Shown here piece by piece: positions 26,345 through 35,701 of a stretch of DNA of 38,003 bases. A model generated the notes under the pieces. The model worked only from the letters and a program-made list of their open reading frames with translations, was not told the origin of the DNA and made no database searches. This DNA comes from a virus (Duplodnaviria; Caudoviricetes): positions 1 through 38,003 of the IMG/VR virus record IMGVR_UViG_3300020044_004474; one strand, given 5' to 3'. A program made the translations under genes and the position numbers. The stretch's first letter is position 1; every line of letters starts with the position of its first letter.

Positions 26345-27226
26345 TCATTCATACATAATGTTTACTGATCCTGCGTCAAAAGTATTAACTCCACCATCGG
26401 TAGTAAGTCGTATCCTATCTAGTGTTCCTGATAGTGTTTTAGATATTCCAGCGACATTACAGACAAGCGCTACTCTATCTCCACCGACAAAAGTAGCTAC
26501 CCAAGTGTTACCAGTTATGTTCACCAACGTAAGAATTCCATCACAAGTGCTACTTGCGGCTGGCGAATTTAGAATAATCCCAGAAGAAGCAGCTAACCTA
26601 GAAGGTGTAGCTTTGATTTCAACAAAACAACCTGAGTAACCAGATGTTTCAACACCACCAGAATCTCCAAGTTGAACAATAACTGAACTTGTTCCGTTTG
26701 TGCTTACTTCATTAAGCATTACAGTAATGCGTTTAACCGTGGACGGTATAGATGTAAAATCAACACTTGTTCCGCTGGTTGTAGCTACCGCTGTTCCCCT
26801 TGTAATTACTGCTGCTACTTTGGTATCAGTATAAGCCTTAATACTTTGTTGGGTAGCCAATGCTGTTGCACTGTCGCTGGCCATGTTGTCCTCGTCAAGA
26901 ATAGAAACCTCGGATACAACACCAAGCGAGCCAGAGACATTTCCCAAAGCTTTCATGTCGGTTACATATTGCATTTTAGCATATGTAACACCAGTTGATG
27001 CACTAGAAGATGATGCGATTGCACTTGTGGTAACAGCATTAGATGCTATTTCGTTTGACGTAATTCCGCTTGTGGCGACCTTCATCTTACCAGAAACCAA
27101 AGCAAGTGTTCCACCAGAAAGGGCATCGCTAGTAAATAACGTCTGATCAATAATGTTATTCATCAACGTGCTAGTAATAACTTCGTTGGTAGTAAAAGTA
27201 TGGGTTGTATCTACGACTCCTGGCAT
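26345..27226 (-). CDS. Tail fibre / tail needle-like protein
   Basis: Ser/Thr-rich; DEDNMASDSATALATQQSIKAY linker; C-terminal beta domain. Confidence 0.7.
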   Translation of the reverse strand: MPGVVDTTHTFTTNEVITSTLMNNIIDQTLFTSDALSGGTLALVSGKMKVATSGITSNEIASNAVTTSAIASSSSASTGVTYAKMQYVTDMKALGNVSGSLGVVSEVSILDEDNMASDSATALATQQSIKAYTDTKVAAVITRGTAVATTSGTSVDFTSIPSTVKRITVMLNEVSTNGTSSVIVQLGDSGGVETSGYSGCFVEIKATPSRLAASSGIILNSPAASSTCDGILTLVNITGNTWVATFVGGDRVALVCNVAGISKTLSGTLDRIRLTTDGGVNTFDAGSVNIMYE

Positions 27227-27227
27227 A

Positions 27228-29660
27228 TTAGAACTGGGAAATAATTTGTCTGTTTGTCACCGATCCAGTGACCTTAATAGAGGTTATCTTAGGAGAACCG
27301 ATTGTTCGTGTCAAGGTTAGGCTTCCTACATAGCCTCTGATGCCGCCAAGACGGAAGCGAATGTTGCCTGTCTCATCTTCAGGAGCCGCGCCTGTGCCAA
27401 GGACTGTGCCTCCAAGGAAGTCGGTTGTAGTTCCAATGCTCTGGTTGTTATCTGGATCTTCCGCTGCAAATGAAATATTATACTCACCAAGCCCACCATC
27501 AACGCATTGCATGGTAACTTGCCCATCGGTAAAGCGTTTACGGTCAAGGTTACCCAATGCATACCCCCTAGTAGTCAAAGAGGAGTCAATCGAAAAGCTA
27601 GTTGCTACCCCACCAGATACCAAAGTATCATTGGAAGTTTCAACTGCCTCTAGTTCATGCAATCCACCCAAGGATGTTACCGCATAAAGGTTGTTTCTCT
27701 CCGCTGCACTACCAATAATGATGTTTTTGATGGCAAAATCACTAGCTCCAAAGGTGTCAATCGACTCCCATGCCTTGTTTAAGAAGTTAAATATCAAAAT
27801 CGTGTTGTTCCCAAGGGCATCGTTCGCGCCAACCACAGAATCCAACGCAACCGCAAGGTAATATCGGTTGTTATACAGCACCCCAACAGCATCAGCCGCT
27901 AAATTTTTGTTAATCCGATCAATATACGGCTGGATATTTTTAGAAATAGGCTCATCTGCACCACGAAGGTTGTAATCATTTAAGAATTCAACAGCATAAA
28001 CGCCCTCATCAGACAAAAAAAACATAGCGTTACCCTTCATCACGACACTTTTACGCGCCAAGCAGCCAACTTCATCCGTCAACTGCGTAACTTTGGTGTC
28101 ATTCAGGCTACCAGCCGTCCCACTTATCAGATGCAAGCTATTACGATTCAGCACAACAAGCTTGTCGTCATAGAATCCTTGCATTGCCACCAAATAATCC
28201 GCTGTTCCACCAGTAATCCGAAACTGATTGGCAATCTGGTCAAATGTATGGCTGTCTAAAATATCCGATATGGCTATCTCATCGGTAATGTTTCTATCCG
28301 TATAGGTTGGAGTGTTAAATGTTCCTGCAGGAGTATAATAAAATGGCACCCACAATCTACGCTGGAAGTAAACTCCCCAAGGAGGAGCCGGTTGATGAAT
28401 AAATCCCCCACCCACACTAAAGCTGCCACCAAACTCAACCTGTAATCCACCACCGAGGGTTGCCAAATCAGCTATTGGAGCAAAAAACGAAACATTTGTG
28501 CTAGTAGCACTCAACACTTCAAAAGATTTACCGGAAATAGCACTAAATTCAGGAACAGTAGTTTCGTAAATAACAATGGTGTCACCTGCTGCAATAGTAG
28601 TATTTCCAGTAACTGTAAGGCTTACAACCCCATTGGAAACAGAACCATCGTTTCCAACCGTAGTAAAGATTTGTGGCTGAGTGTAAACCCCTCCAGGGAC
28701 AAGCGTAAAGTCTGCTTTCATTACTGCATCTGTAACTCCAAATGTCACTGTCTGGGATGTAGTAAAAGTATAAGTAAAAACATCTTTATCAGTAACTGTG
28801 GCAACAGTAAACGGCCCATTAGCTGGTGTTCCTCCAGTCAAATCACTGACCACAATAGAGTCTCCCACAGTCAATCCGTGATCTCGAACCCGCATGGTCA
28901 CAGTGAACGCACTAGAACTAGCACTCTCAATCTGCCTACCATTAGGAAACCACTCAAATGCTTGTTGCCCCTCACGGAATAGATACACACGATCAAACGC
29001 CTGTATCATATCGGTGTCTCCAGCTAAGGACTGACCAGTTGGATACTCAATATCCTGCGTAGTGTAACCATCAAGATCAACCAAGATAGCCTTGGAATCC
29101 AATGCCAACACCACGCTCTCAGCGTTACTGGAATTAGGGTCACTAAATAAACAAGATGCGTTTACATTCACGTTAGCAGCATCATTGATGGGAGTAGTAG
29201 TCAACGTGCCTGTTTGGTCACTAATCGAAGTCAGCCCCACAACAGCATACGTCAACGTGCTTGCACCCGTCACAGTCAAAGTAAAATCACCATCCATCAC
29301 GGCATTACCGACTAACCCAGTAATCCTACCCAACGCTGTGCCGGTCAACCCATGCGCCACCGAGGTAGTTATCGTAACAACCCCAGCCGTAACACTAGCA
29401 GCAGTAATGCTCTTAGCCACATCAATCAAAAAGAACGGCAACTGCAACGGACTCCCACCACTGGTCAATGATCCCGTCCTAGCTATAATCCCACGACGAG
29501 GCTTCCAATACCCCTCCATACGCCCATTCAAACTCTCCCTTACCTCCCCAGCCTCAAGCTGATTCAACTGTAACCTCTGATTAACACCCGCAAACCCACC
29601 ATCCCCATCCGAACCTTGGGCATCATCCATCGCACTGCGACTCTGGGCATATTGACTCAT
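27228..29660 (-). CDS. Tail tubular B / stabilisation (nozzle) protein with inserted small beta domains
   Basis: 810 aa; F.G.N, N.R, R.G N-terminal pattern; GC.A..S motif; HGL..G(D) repeats. Confidence 0.7.
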   Translation of the reverse strand: MSQYAQSRSAMDDAQGSDGDGGFAGVNQRLQLNQLEAGEVRESLNGRMEGYWKPRRGIIARTGSLTSGGSPLQLPFFLIDVAKSITAASVTAGVVTITTSVAHGLTGTALGRITGLVGNAVMDGDFTLTVTGASTLTYAVVGLTSISDQTGTLTTTPINDAANVNVNASCLFSDPNSSNAESVVLALDSKAILVDLDGYTTQDIEYPTGQSLAGDTDMIQAFDRVYLFREGQQAFEWFPNGRQIESASSSAFTVTMRVRDHGLTVGDSIVVSDLTGGTPANGPFTVATVTDKDVFTYTFTTSQTVTFGVTDAVMKADFTLVPGGVYTQPQIFTTVGNDGSVSNGVVSLTVTGNTTIAAGDTIVIYETTVPEFSAISGKSFEVLSATSTNVSFFAPIADLATLGGGLQVEFGGSFSVGGGFIHQPAPPWGVYFQRRLWVPFYYTPAGTFNTPTYTDRNITDEIAISDILDSHTFDQIANQFRITGGTADYLVAMQGFYDDKLVVLNRNSLHLISGTAGSLNDTKVTQLTDEVGCLARKSVVMKGNAMFFLSDEGVYAVEFLNDYNLRGADEPISKNIQPYIDRINKNLAADAVGVLYNNRYYLAVALDSVVGANDALGNNTILIFNFLNKAWESIDTFGASDFAIKNIIIGSAAERNNLYAVTSLGGLHELEAVETSNDTLVSGGVATSFSIDSSLTTRGYALGNLDRKRFTDGQVTMQCVDGGLGEYNISFAAEDPDNNQSIGTTTDFLGGTVLGTGAAPEDETGNIRFRLGGIRGYVGSLTLTRTIGSPKITSIKVTGSVTNRQIISQF

Positions 29661-29914
29661 TAGACGCTATACGCAATAACAACTCCACTGGTCACCGTCA
29701 ATGCCGTAATCCGACCACCAATACCGACTCCCGCAGGAATAGTAATAGTCTGCAATCCCGTAGCATTCGTAAGGTTCGGTGCAGTAAATACGCTAAACAC
29801 CGTATCAGTAACCACTTGCACCCAACGGAATGTTCCCGTCACCGCACCACTAGACGAGGTAATAACCTGACCGCCACCTTGACCTTGAATATCGTATGAA
29901 ACTGGACTGCTCAT
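29660..29914 (-). CDS. Small virion protein
   Basis: Beta-rich, ends SGVVIAY; TAATG coupling to the tail gene. Confidence 0.65.
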   Translation of the reverse strand: MSSPVSYDIQGQGGGQVITSSSGAVTGTFRWVQVVTDTVFSVFTAPNLTNATGLQTITIPAGVGIGGRITALTVTSGVVIAYSV

Positions 29915-30301
29915 GCACAACTTCTAGCACACTCAACAACCTTGTCAAGCAGTTTCCCCCTTTACTCATTTTTCCAATGGGTGGGTTACCGCTCAGAAAT
30001 TCTCTAGCCATCCCGACCTCGACCCCCTCCCCCCCTAACGCGACTAACTTGCAATAGCGAATCACTTGCGTATAGAGCGATCGTTTGAATGGTGTTCGGA
30101 TGAGTAGTGCATGGATGGATAGCATTGCTAATTGAAACGTACGCTTGAATGAATCGATTGAATGAAACGTACGTCTAGGTAGTGTTCACATGAATAGTGT
30201 GCTGTCGAACATTGCCTATTCTCAATCGCTCGTTTGAATTGTTCCACGGAAAATGTTCCACGACGCCGCGAAACAAACATCAAAGAAAATTGATTTTTTG
30301 C

Positions 30302-30331
30302 TTGACACTAACAATCGGGTATAGTTATACT
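30302..30331 (+). promoter_or_regulatory. Probable early sigma70 promoter
   Basis: TTGACA-N18-TATACT in the divergent non-coding region. Confidence 0.5.
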
Positions 30332-30447
30332 GTACTTACCAAGGGAATTGGTTGGCAAAGCACCTAGCAAAAGCAAAGCAAAGGTTGCCGCTTGTTGGGG
30401 ATTATTTATGGGAATAGTGAATAGGTTTCCAGACTATATATCACTAA

Positions 30448-30492
30448 CCTTATCCTTATATCCTTATATCCTTATATCCTTATCCTTATATC
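30448..30492. repeat. Tandem repeat, six CCTTAT(AT) units
   Basis: Read directly from sequence. Confidence 0.9.
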
Positions 30493-30788
30493 TCTATCTT
30501 TAGCCATTGCTCTTGTGCTTTGCTCTTGTCGTACCACTTGACCTTGGTTTACAGCTCGCTTGGTTGCCGGATTTGATAAGATCCTTAAAATATTTTCCAC
30601 TTATTTGTCTAGCAGATAATCGCTGAAATCGCTTGTGGTTGCTAGGGTTTGCGGCTTGGCAAGCTAAAAATGAATATTTATTTTAACTATTTAGACAAAA
30701 AGATGTGGACAAACTACAAACACTTGGTAAGTTGCTCGTGTCGCCAGTGACGGCAACGATAAAACAAAACAAACAAAACAAAAGACAA

Positions 30789-31076
30789 ATGACAACTGCA
30801 CAAGCCTATTATGATGGATTAGCTCAAGATCAAGTTAAAAATTGCATGAGCAATCGGAAATTAAAAAATATGATGGAAGAAAACTATTCGATGCGAAAAA
30901 GATGGGATGAAGTCCAAACCGAAAAAGACATTGAAGATTTGACTTATTTTTACATGACGCAAAGGCGACAATGGGAAGGCTGTGTTGGGGCAACCAACGC
31001 TCAAGATGCGTTGGACTTTATCCACGGAAACCGAGATAAGAAAATTCACGAGCTAGGGGAAATTTACGTCAAATAA
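30789..31076 (+). CDS. First early gene, hypothetical
   Basis: ATG after A/C-rich leader. Confidence 0.65.
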   Translation: MTTAQAYYDGLAQDQVKNCMSNRKLKNMMEENYSMRKRWDEVQTEKDIEDLTYFYMTQRRQWEGCVGATNAQDALDFIHGNRDKKIHELGEIYVK

Positions 31077-31110
31077 AGATATTCGCCATCTCCAAGGCTG
31101 AACGCTTAAA

Positions 31111-31160
31111 AGTCGAAACGGGGGAACCCGTCTTGCGATGTTGTCGCAACTGACGAGACT
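31111..31160 (+). ncRNA. Type II hammerhead ribozyme
   Basis: AGTC-GAAA-CGGG(GGAA)CCCG-TC^-TTGCGA(TGTTG)TCGCAA-CTGACGA-GACT: full catalytic core and three stems. Confidence 0.88.
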
Positions 31161-31186
31161 AAAAAACAAACAAAACAACCAAAAAC

Positions 31187-31438
31187 ATGACCACTATCAC
31201 AAACACATTTCAAAACATCGACCTCACTACCAAAACCTCCGCCCTCAACTATCTCCGCAGTCTCGATCCCTTCACCGAGATTGAACTTCCCGGAGCCTAC
31301 GAATCCAAGCCGAACAACCCCGTTGCCGATGCGGTGGCAGTCATCGCCGACGAATCGCCCAACGCATGGGCTACTACCATGAACCGCTGGGCATGGACTG
31401 CCGGTGAACTCGTGGAAGCCGTGCTCGTGAGACTATAA
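31187..31438 (+). CDS. Hypothetical early protein
   Basis: ORF track; A/C-rich leader. Confidence 0.65.
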   Translation: MTTITNTFQNIDLTTKTSALNYLRSLDPFTEIELPGAYESKPNNPVADAVAVIADESPNAWATTMNRWAWTAGELVEAVLVRL

Positions 31439-31461
31439 AACAAACAAACAAATAAAACATT

Positions 31462-31923
31462 ATGAAAACGCACTACTGCATTTACCAATCAGGAAAAACC
31501 AACATCGAAGCCGCTTGCATTGCAGGCGTGGGGGAAAAGTTAAAAAGCCCTTACAGCGGGGAGACCTTTGACGCTTTGATTGCCGAGCTGAATGACAAGC
31601 GGGAAGAGGGAAGCCCTGTCTTTCAAATTATGCCCTTGGAAGAGGCAATGTCGCTGATGGAAGAGGCGTATAACGCCAAGTATTGCAGCGACTGGAAAGA
31701 AATCACGGAAGAGGAATGGTACGAAAACCTTGAAGTCTTGCCGCCTGAGAAATGGGAAACCGTGCGCGGCGTGAACATCTTTAGAATGTGCGAATATTTG
31801 ACTGGAAACATCACAGCGCATTTTGCAAAGCTCAACGGCAAGTTCTTTAGCCGTAACTGCTCAACTCGTGAGACTTACGAGGAACTAGCTGAACAAGTTG
31901 CCACTATCTCAACCCACAACTAA
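31462..31923 (+). CDS. Hypothetical early protein, DUF1419-like
   Basis: EITEEEWYENLEVLPP...F...EY..G.IT motif. Confidence 0.6.
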   Translation: MKTHYCIYQSGKTNIEAACIAGVGEKLKSPYSGETFDALIAELNDKREEGSPVFQIMPLEEAMSLMEEAYNAKYCSDWKEITEEEWYENLEVLPPEKWETVRGVNIFRMCEYLTGNITAHFAKLNGKFFSRNCSTRETYEELAEQVATISTHN

Positions 31924-31931
31924 ATAAACTT

Positions 31932-32057
31932 ATGAAAACAAATCTGTATTTTTGCCAGAAAGGAAAATTCGCTGGGTATTGGAGAAGAATACCTTTTAAC
32001 TATGACTACTTGAAACTAGCAAAAAGGGGACATTATACAATTCAAACCATTGCTTAG
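31932..32057 (+). CDS. 41-aa hypothetical protein (not in ORF track)
   Basis: Open frame from ATG 31932 to TAG 32057. Confidence 0.45.
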   Translation: MKTNLYFCQKGKFAGYWRRIPFNYDYLKLAKRGHYTIQTIA

Positions 32058-32064
32058 CAAACCA

Positions 32065-32136
32065 AACGCCTCTGTGGAGGCACGCACCAAACCGCTATGA
32101 ATACACCAAACAACTTCGAGGCGTTGCCTCTCACGA
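32065..32136 (-). repeat. Degenerate attC-like site (right core box lost)
   Basis: AAC-GCCTCT-GTGGAGG-CACGC ... GCGTTG-CCTC(T)CAC-GA, with no CTTGTT following. Confidence 0.65.
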
Positions 32137-32300
32137 ACAAGCCAATCACACAATACCGCGTCACATTCACTCAACCCGCCACGACGTCAGGAAATGTCGA
32201 ATATGGAACGCAATGGTTCGACTCTCTCGAAGAAACTGAGGCGTCTAAGTGGATGAACCAAGAAAACGCAAAGATCGTAACTTGCGAATATCAGCCATGA
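32097..32300 (+). CDS. Hypothetical protein starting inside the degenerate attC loop
   Basis: ORF track. Confidence 0.6.
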   Translation: MNTPNNFEALPLTNKPITQYRVTFTQPATTSGNVEYGTQWFDSLEETEASKWMNQENAKIVTCEYQP

Positions 32301-32527
32301 CAACCAAACACACCGCATTCATCACCAGGGAAATCGAGATTGAAGTAGAATATCGCTACCACCCGCACCGGAACGCTACCCATTACGACCCTCCAGAATA
32401 CGCATCCGTTGACATTCTGACCGCCACACTCGACACCGGAGAGGAAATTGACCTGACCGATGCGGAAATCGAAGCACTCACCCAGTCGATCCTAGAAAGT
32501 CCACCAGAACGCCCTCACGATTACTAA
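32297..32527 (+). CDS. Acidic hypothetical phage protein
   Basis: EIEVEYRY...YDPPE pattern; ATGA overlap. Confidence 0.65.
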   Translation: MTTKHTAFITREIEIEVEYRYHPHRNATHYDPPEYASVDILTATLDTGEEIDLTDAEIEALTQSILESPPERPHDY

Positions 32528-32547
32528 CTCACACCCATAAAAACAAA

Positions 32548-32730
32548 ATGCACACGCAAATCCATACAACCGCTAGGGGGGATGTTTTTCTCCCGTCCAC
32601 CATGCACAAAGCCACGCGCCAAAGCAGAAACCGCAGAAGACCCGAACCGCCTTCACCGCTTGGCGTTTGGCTTCTGATCGTTATCACGTCCACCATCACC
32701 GCAATCATCACCTACCTCCTAACAAAATGA
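32548..32730 (+). CDS. Small protein with C-terminal TM segment
   Basis: Hydrophobic C-terminus. Confidence 0.55.
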   Translation: MHTQIHTTARGDVFLPSTMHKATRQSRNRRRPEPPSPLGVWLLIVITSTITAIITYLLTK

Positions 32731-33029
32731 GCCTTTACGAATCCACCATAGAACCCACGCAACCGCTTCCTGACTATGACCCTGCAATGGACGCGCCAGA
32801 AACACCCGCAATGCGCCGTAAACCGCCCTTTGAGACGATTAAAAACGAAAGAGGGAGGGCTTACCGATTCGAAGCATTCACCGTTTTGACGGGGTATTGT
32901 AAGGGCTATTGGGGGGGTAAATACGCATCAATCTTCATCGTTTCTCCCCAGTGGCAACCGCTAATTATGTGCGATCGAAACGACATTGCTAGGCTTCTCC
33001 GATTCAGCCGAAAGGGGAGTGTATGCTAA
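32727..33029 (+). CDS. Hypothetical protein
   Basis: ATGA overlap. Confidence 0.55.
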   Translation: MSLYESTIEPTQPLPDYDPAMDAPETPAMRRKPPFETIKNERGRAYRFEAFTVLTGYCKGYWGGKYASIFIVSPQWQPLIMCDRNDIARLLRFSRKGSVC

Positions 33030-33340
33030 TCGACAACGCACCCGCACTTATCCGCGCCGCAGCCGAGGTTATGGGAGTAACCCCAGAAGCCGTGACAGGC
33101 AAACGCAAGACCCTAGCTGAATCACTCGCCCGGCAAATCGTGATGACGCTATGGGCAGAATCACACTCCCTCCAAGCCTCATGTGAGATTGTAAACCGCC
33201 ATCATCACACAGCAGCATTTTACGCAAGGCAGAAGATTCATGAGCGCATCGGCTATTGCGATTCCACCAGGGAACGTCTCGCAAAAGTTTTGCAAAAATA
33301 CTCAGAAAATATCCTTGCAGAGTCCAACCTTAACCAATAA
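33023..33340 (+). CDS. DnaA C-terminal (domain IV)-like HTH protein
   Basis: AEVMGVT.E...GKR......ARQI.M...SL...NR.HHT...Y...KI. Confidence 0.75.
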   Translation: MLIDNAPALIRAAAEVMGVTPEAVTGKRKTLAESLARQIVMTLWAESHSLQASCEIVNRHHHTAAFYARQKIHERIGYCDSTRERLAKVLQKYSENILAESNLNQ

Positions 33341-33395
33341 AACCCTCTCCGATGAGTCCAATCCTCATCACTATCACGCAAACCAATAAAAACAA

Positions 33396-33983
33396 ATGAA
33401 CCTAGAACATAGCACACCAGAACTATTCACCGCCCTTGCCAAAATGCAGGGAGAGGTCGAAAACGCCACCAAAGGGAGTATAAACCCTCACTTCAAGAGC
33501 AAATACGCAGACTTGGCAGAGGTATTAAACACCGTTCGCCCAGTCCTCGCTTCAAACGGTCTATCCGTTATTCAGTCCCCGTCCTTCGATGGGGGAATCT
33601 GCCATGTCACCACTACAATCGCCCATGCCGGCGGAGGATACATCTCTGGCACCATGTCATGCGTCCCTGCCAAGATGGACGGGCAAGGCATCGGAGCAGC
33701 CACAACCTACCTTCGCCGTTACAGCCTAGCAGCCGTCTGTGGAGTCGCCCAAGAGGATGACGATGGAAACACCGCAGCGCATACCAAGCCTGTCAGCTAC
33801 CCTCTTATCTCGAATCTGGAGGCAACTCGAATTAAGGACAGCATCGAGTCGCTCAACATCGACGAATCCGCTTTCCTCCGCCATTATGGAGTCAAATCAG
33901 TCGGGCAACTGACCACCGACAAAATCCCTGCCATCGATAAGGCATTTATCGCTAAAAACAAATCCAACACCACCACCGCATGA
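33396..33983 (+). CDS. erf: ERF-family single-strand annealing protein
   Basis: NPHFKSKYADL, Q..G.A.TY.RRY.L, EDDDG motifs. Confidence 0.9.
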   Translation: MNLEHSTPELFTALAKMQGEVENATKGSINPHFKSKYADLAEVLNTVRPVLASNGLSVIQSPSFDGGICHVTTTIAHAGGGYISGTMSCVPAKMDGQGIGAATTYLRRYSLAAVCGVAQEDDDGNTAAHTKPVSYPLISNLEATRIKDSIESLNIDESAFLRHYGVKSVGQLTTDKIPAIDKAFIAKNKSNTTTA

Positions 33984-34120
33984 AAAGAACAACACGCACA
34001 TCATTCCAAACCCCGACCCGCAGCATAGGACGTGACGCAGCCATCACGGTTGCGCTCATGCTCGCACTTGGGAAGCCTAAAATCACCATGCTTCAGAAAA
34101 TCAAACGACTGTTTAAGTGA
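33980..34120 (+). CDS. 46-aa hypothetical protein (not in ORF track), ends IKRLFK
   Basis: ATGA and GTGA overlaps with flanking genes. Confidence 0.5.
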   Translation: MKRTTRTSFQTPTRSIGRDAAITVALMLALGKPKITMLQKIKRLFK

Positions 34121-34926
34121 TAACCAACGCACAAATAGAATACAATCTAGGGAAGGCTTACTACCTTCGCACCGCAAGCCCAAAGAATCTCAATGGGCCT
34201 GTCTCCAAATCCCTGCTTTGGGATTTCAACGATTCACCTTACAAGTGGAGACATTCCACCGGCAGGGAAGTGACCCGTGCAATGGATCTGGGAACGCTGA
34301 TTCACTCAGCAATCCTAGAGCCGAACATCCCGCTGACTGACATCGCAGCCGTATCACCATTCGCTGACTTCCGCACCAAGGCAGCCCAGGAATGGAAAGC
34401 TGACCAACGCGAGATGGGTAAAATGATCGCCACCGATGAGGACATTCGCGCGGCTTCTGGTTGCGAGTTGGTCTTTTCCGAGGATTACGCCCAACGATTC
34501 GCAGGTGGATATAAAACCGAGGTTGCCGTTTTCGGCATGATCGGAGCCACCGAAATCAAAGGCATGATTGACCTCGTTCCTGACAACCTAGATGTGCTTG
34601 TGGATCTCAAGACCACGGCAAAAATCGGGAGCTTGTTTGACATTGCGAGAACGATCATTTCCCGTGGTTATCACTGGCAAGCCGCCCTCTACTTGGATCT
34701 GTGGAACGCAGCCACTGGAGAGAAACGCACTCGGTTCGTCATTTGCTTCATCGAGGTAAGTGAGCCGCATGAGCCAGCATGGGTGGAGGTATCCCCAGAG
34801 CTTATCGAGGTTGGACGCGCTGGCTACATGAATGCCCTCGCTAAATGGCAATCGTGCGTTGCAATTGACGCATGGCCTCGCCAGCATGAAGGTATCACAA
34901 TGATCGAGAAACCTGCTTATCTGTAA
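34117..34926 (+). CDS. PD-(D/E)XK exonuclease, RecE/DUF3799-like
   Basis: S.S.L, GT..H..ILEP, KG..D, DLKTT, YHWQAA.Y motifs. Confidence 0.85.
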   Translation: MITNAQIEYNLGKAYYLRTASPKNLNGPVSKSLLWDFNDSPYKWRHSTGREVTRAMDLGTLIHSAILEPNIPLTDIAAVSPFADFRTKAAQEWKADQREMGKMIATDEDIRAASGCELVFSEDYAQRFAGGYKTEVAVFGMIGATEIKGMIDLVPDNLDVLVDLKTTAKIGSLFDIARTIISRGYHWQAALYLDLWNAATGEKRTRFVICFIEVSEPHEPAWVEVSPELIEVGRAGYMNALAKWQSCVAIDAWPRQHEGITMIEKPAYL

Positions 34927-34973
34927 ATTGATGGGGGGAGCGCATCCTACACGCTCACTAACTAAATAAAAAA

Positions 34974-35279
34974 ATGAGTGAGAAAATAGACGTAAAAGGA
35001 ACAGTCGAAACAATTCTTGAAATCCAAGAGTTTGCTTCGGGATTTAAGAAACAAACCCTAGTCATCGATACGGGTGGCAAATTTCCCCAGAAGGTCGCCA
35101 TCGACTTTGCAAAGGAAAAGATCGAACTGATCGCAAACCTTGTGAAAGGACAAGAGGTTACAGTCGGAGTCAACATCCGTGGTAATGAATATAATGGGAA
35201 ATACTATGTATCCCTTGCCGGTTGGAAGGTCGATGCTGGAGCCGTGCCCGAGGATCAAGATGACGATATTCCCTTCTGA
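34974..35279 (+). CDS. DUF3127-family SSB-like protein
   Basis: F.K..LVI...FPQ...NIRG.E.NG.YY..L..W; acidic DDIPF tail. Confidence 0.85.
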   Translation: MSEKIDVKGTVETILEIQEFASGFKKQTLVIDTGGKFPQKVAIDFAKEKIELIANLVKGQEVTVGVNIRGNEYNGKYYVSLAGWKVDAGAVPEDQDDDIPF

Positions 35280-35358
35280 TGTAACAACCGAGCCGCGACG
35301 GTAAAAATCCCCACGCCCTGGGAATCGCAGCAGGGCAAATTTTCAACTAATAAACACA

Positions 35359-35466
35359 ATGAGACTAGCACTAACATTAACCACATTAGCCGCATTTGTA
35401 ATTGGTGCGGTGTTGACCAGAAAGAACGACCAAGGTGAGGCACAGCCTCCCGCAACAAAACTATGA
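35359..35466 (+). CDS. 35-aa hydrophobic peptide (not in ORF track) reading into L6
   Basis: MRLALTLTTLAAFVIGAVLTRKNDQGEAQPPATKL; AAC in frame; ATGA overlap with 35463. Confidence 0.55.
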   Translation: MRLALTLTTLAAFVIGAVLTRKNDQGEAQPPATKL

Positions 35467-35518
35467 ATACATTCAAAGACTCAACGGGAGGCTGTTGTCC
35501 TCCGCCGCCTTGTTCGCC
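35421..35518 (-). repeat. Long attC-like site L6
   Basis: AAC-GACCAA-GGTGAGG-CACAGCCTCCCG ... CGGGAGGCTGTTGT-CCTC(C)GCC-GCCTT-GTTCGCC. Confidence 0.88.
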
Positions 35519-35701
35519 TTGGAACCGTGGCGACAAGCCCCCAACGCTCCCGCTTACCGTCATTGGCGTGGTGGGTAGCAAGCCTGTCCTCGTCTGGTAT
35601 CACTCACGGACACGCTGCTGGCATGACAATCCCGCTGCATTCGGAAGCGTCCCCGTGGAATGGTGGCAATACCTTCCAGACTGCGAATTGTTGAAGGCGA
35701 A
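35427..35701. mobile_element. Integron-like gene cassette C6
   Basis: GTTCGCC (35512-35518) matches GGCGAAC (35696-35702). Confidence 0.85.

Noticed and set aside
30240-30262. Functional parS site
   Set aside because: Only directly repeated half-sites, not the 16-bp palindrome; no parB seen.
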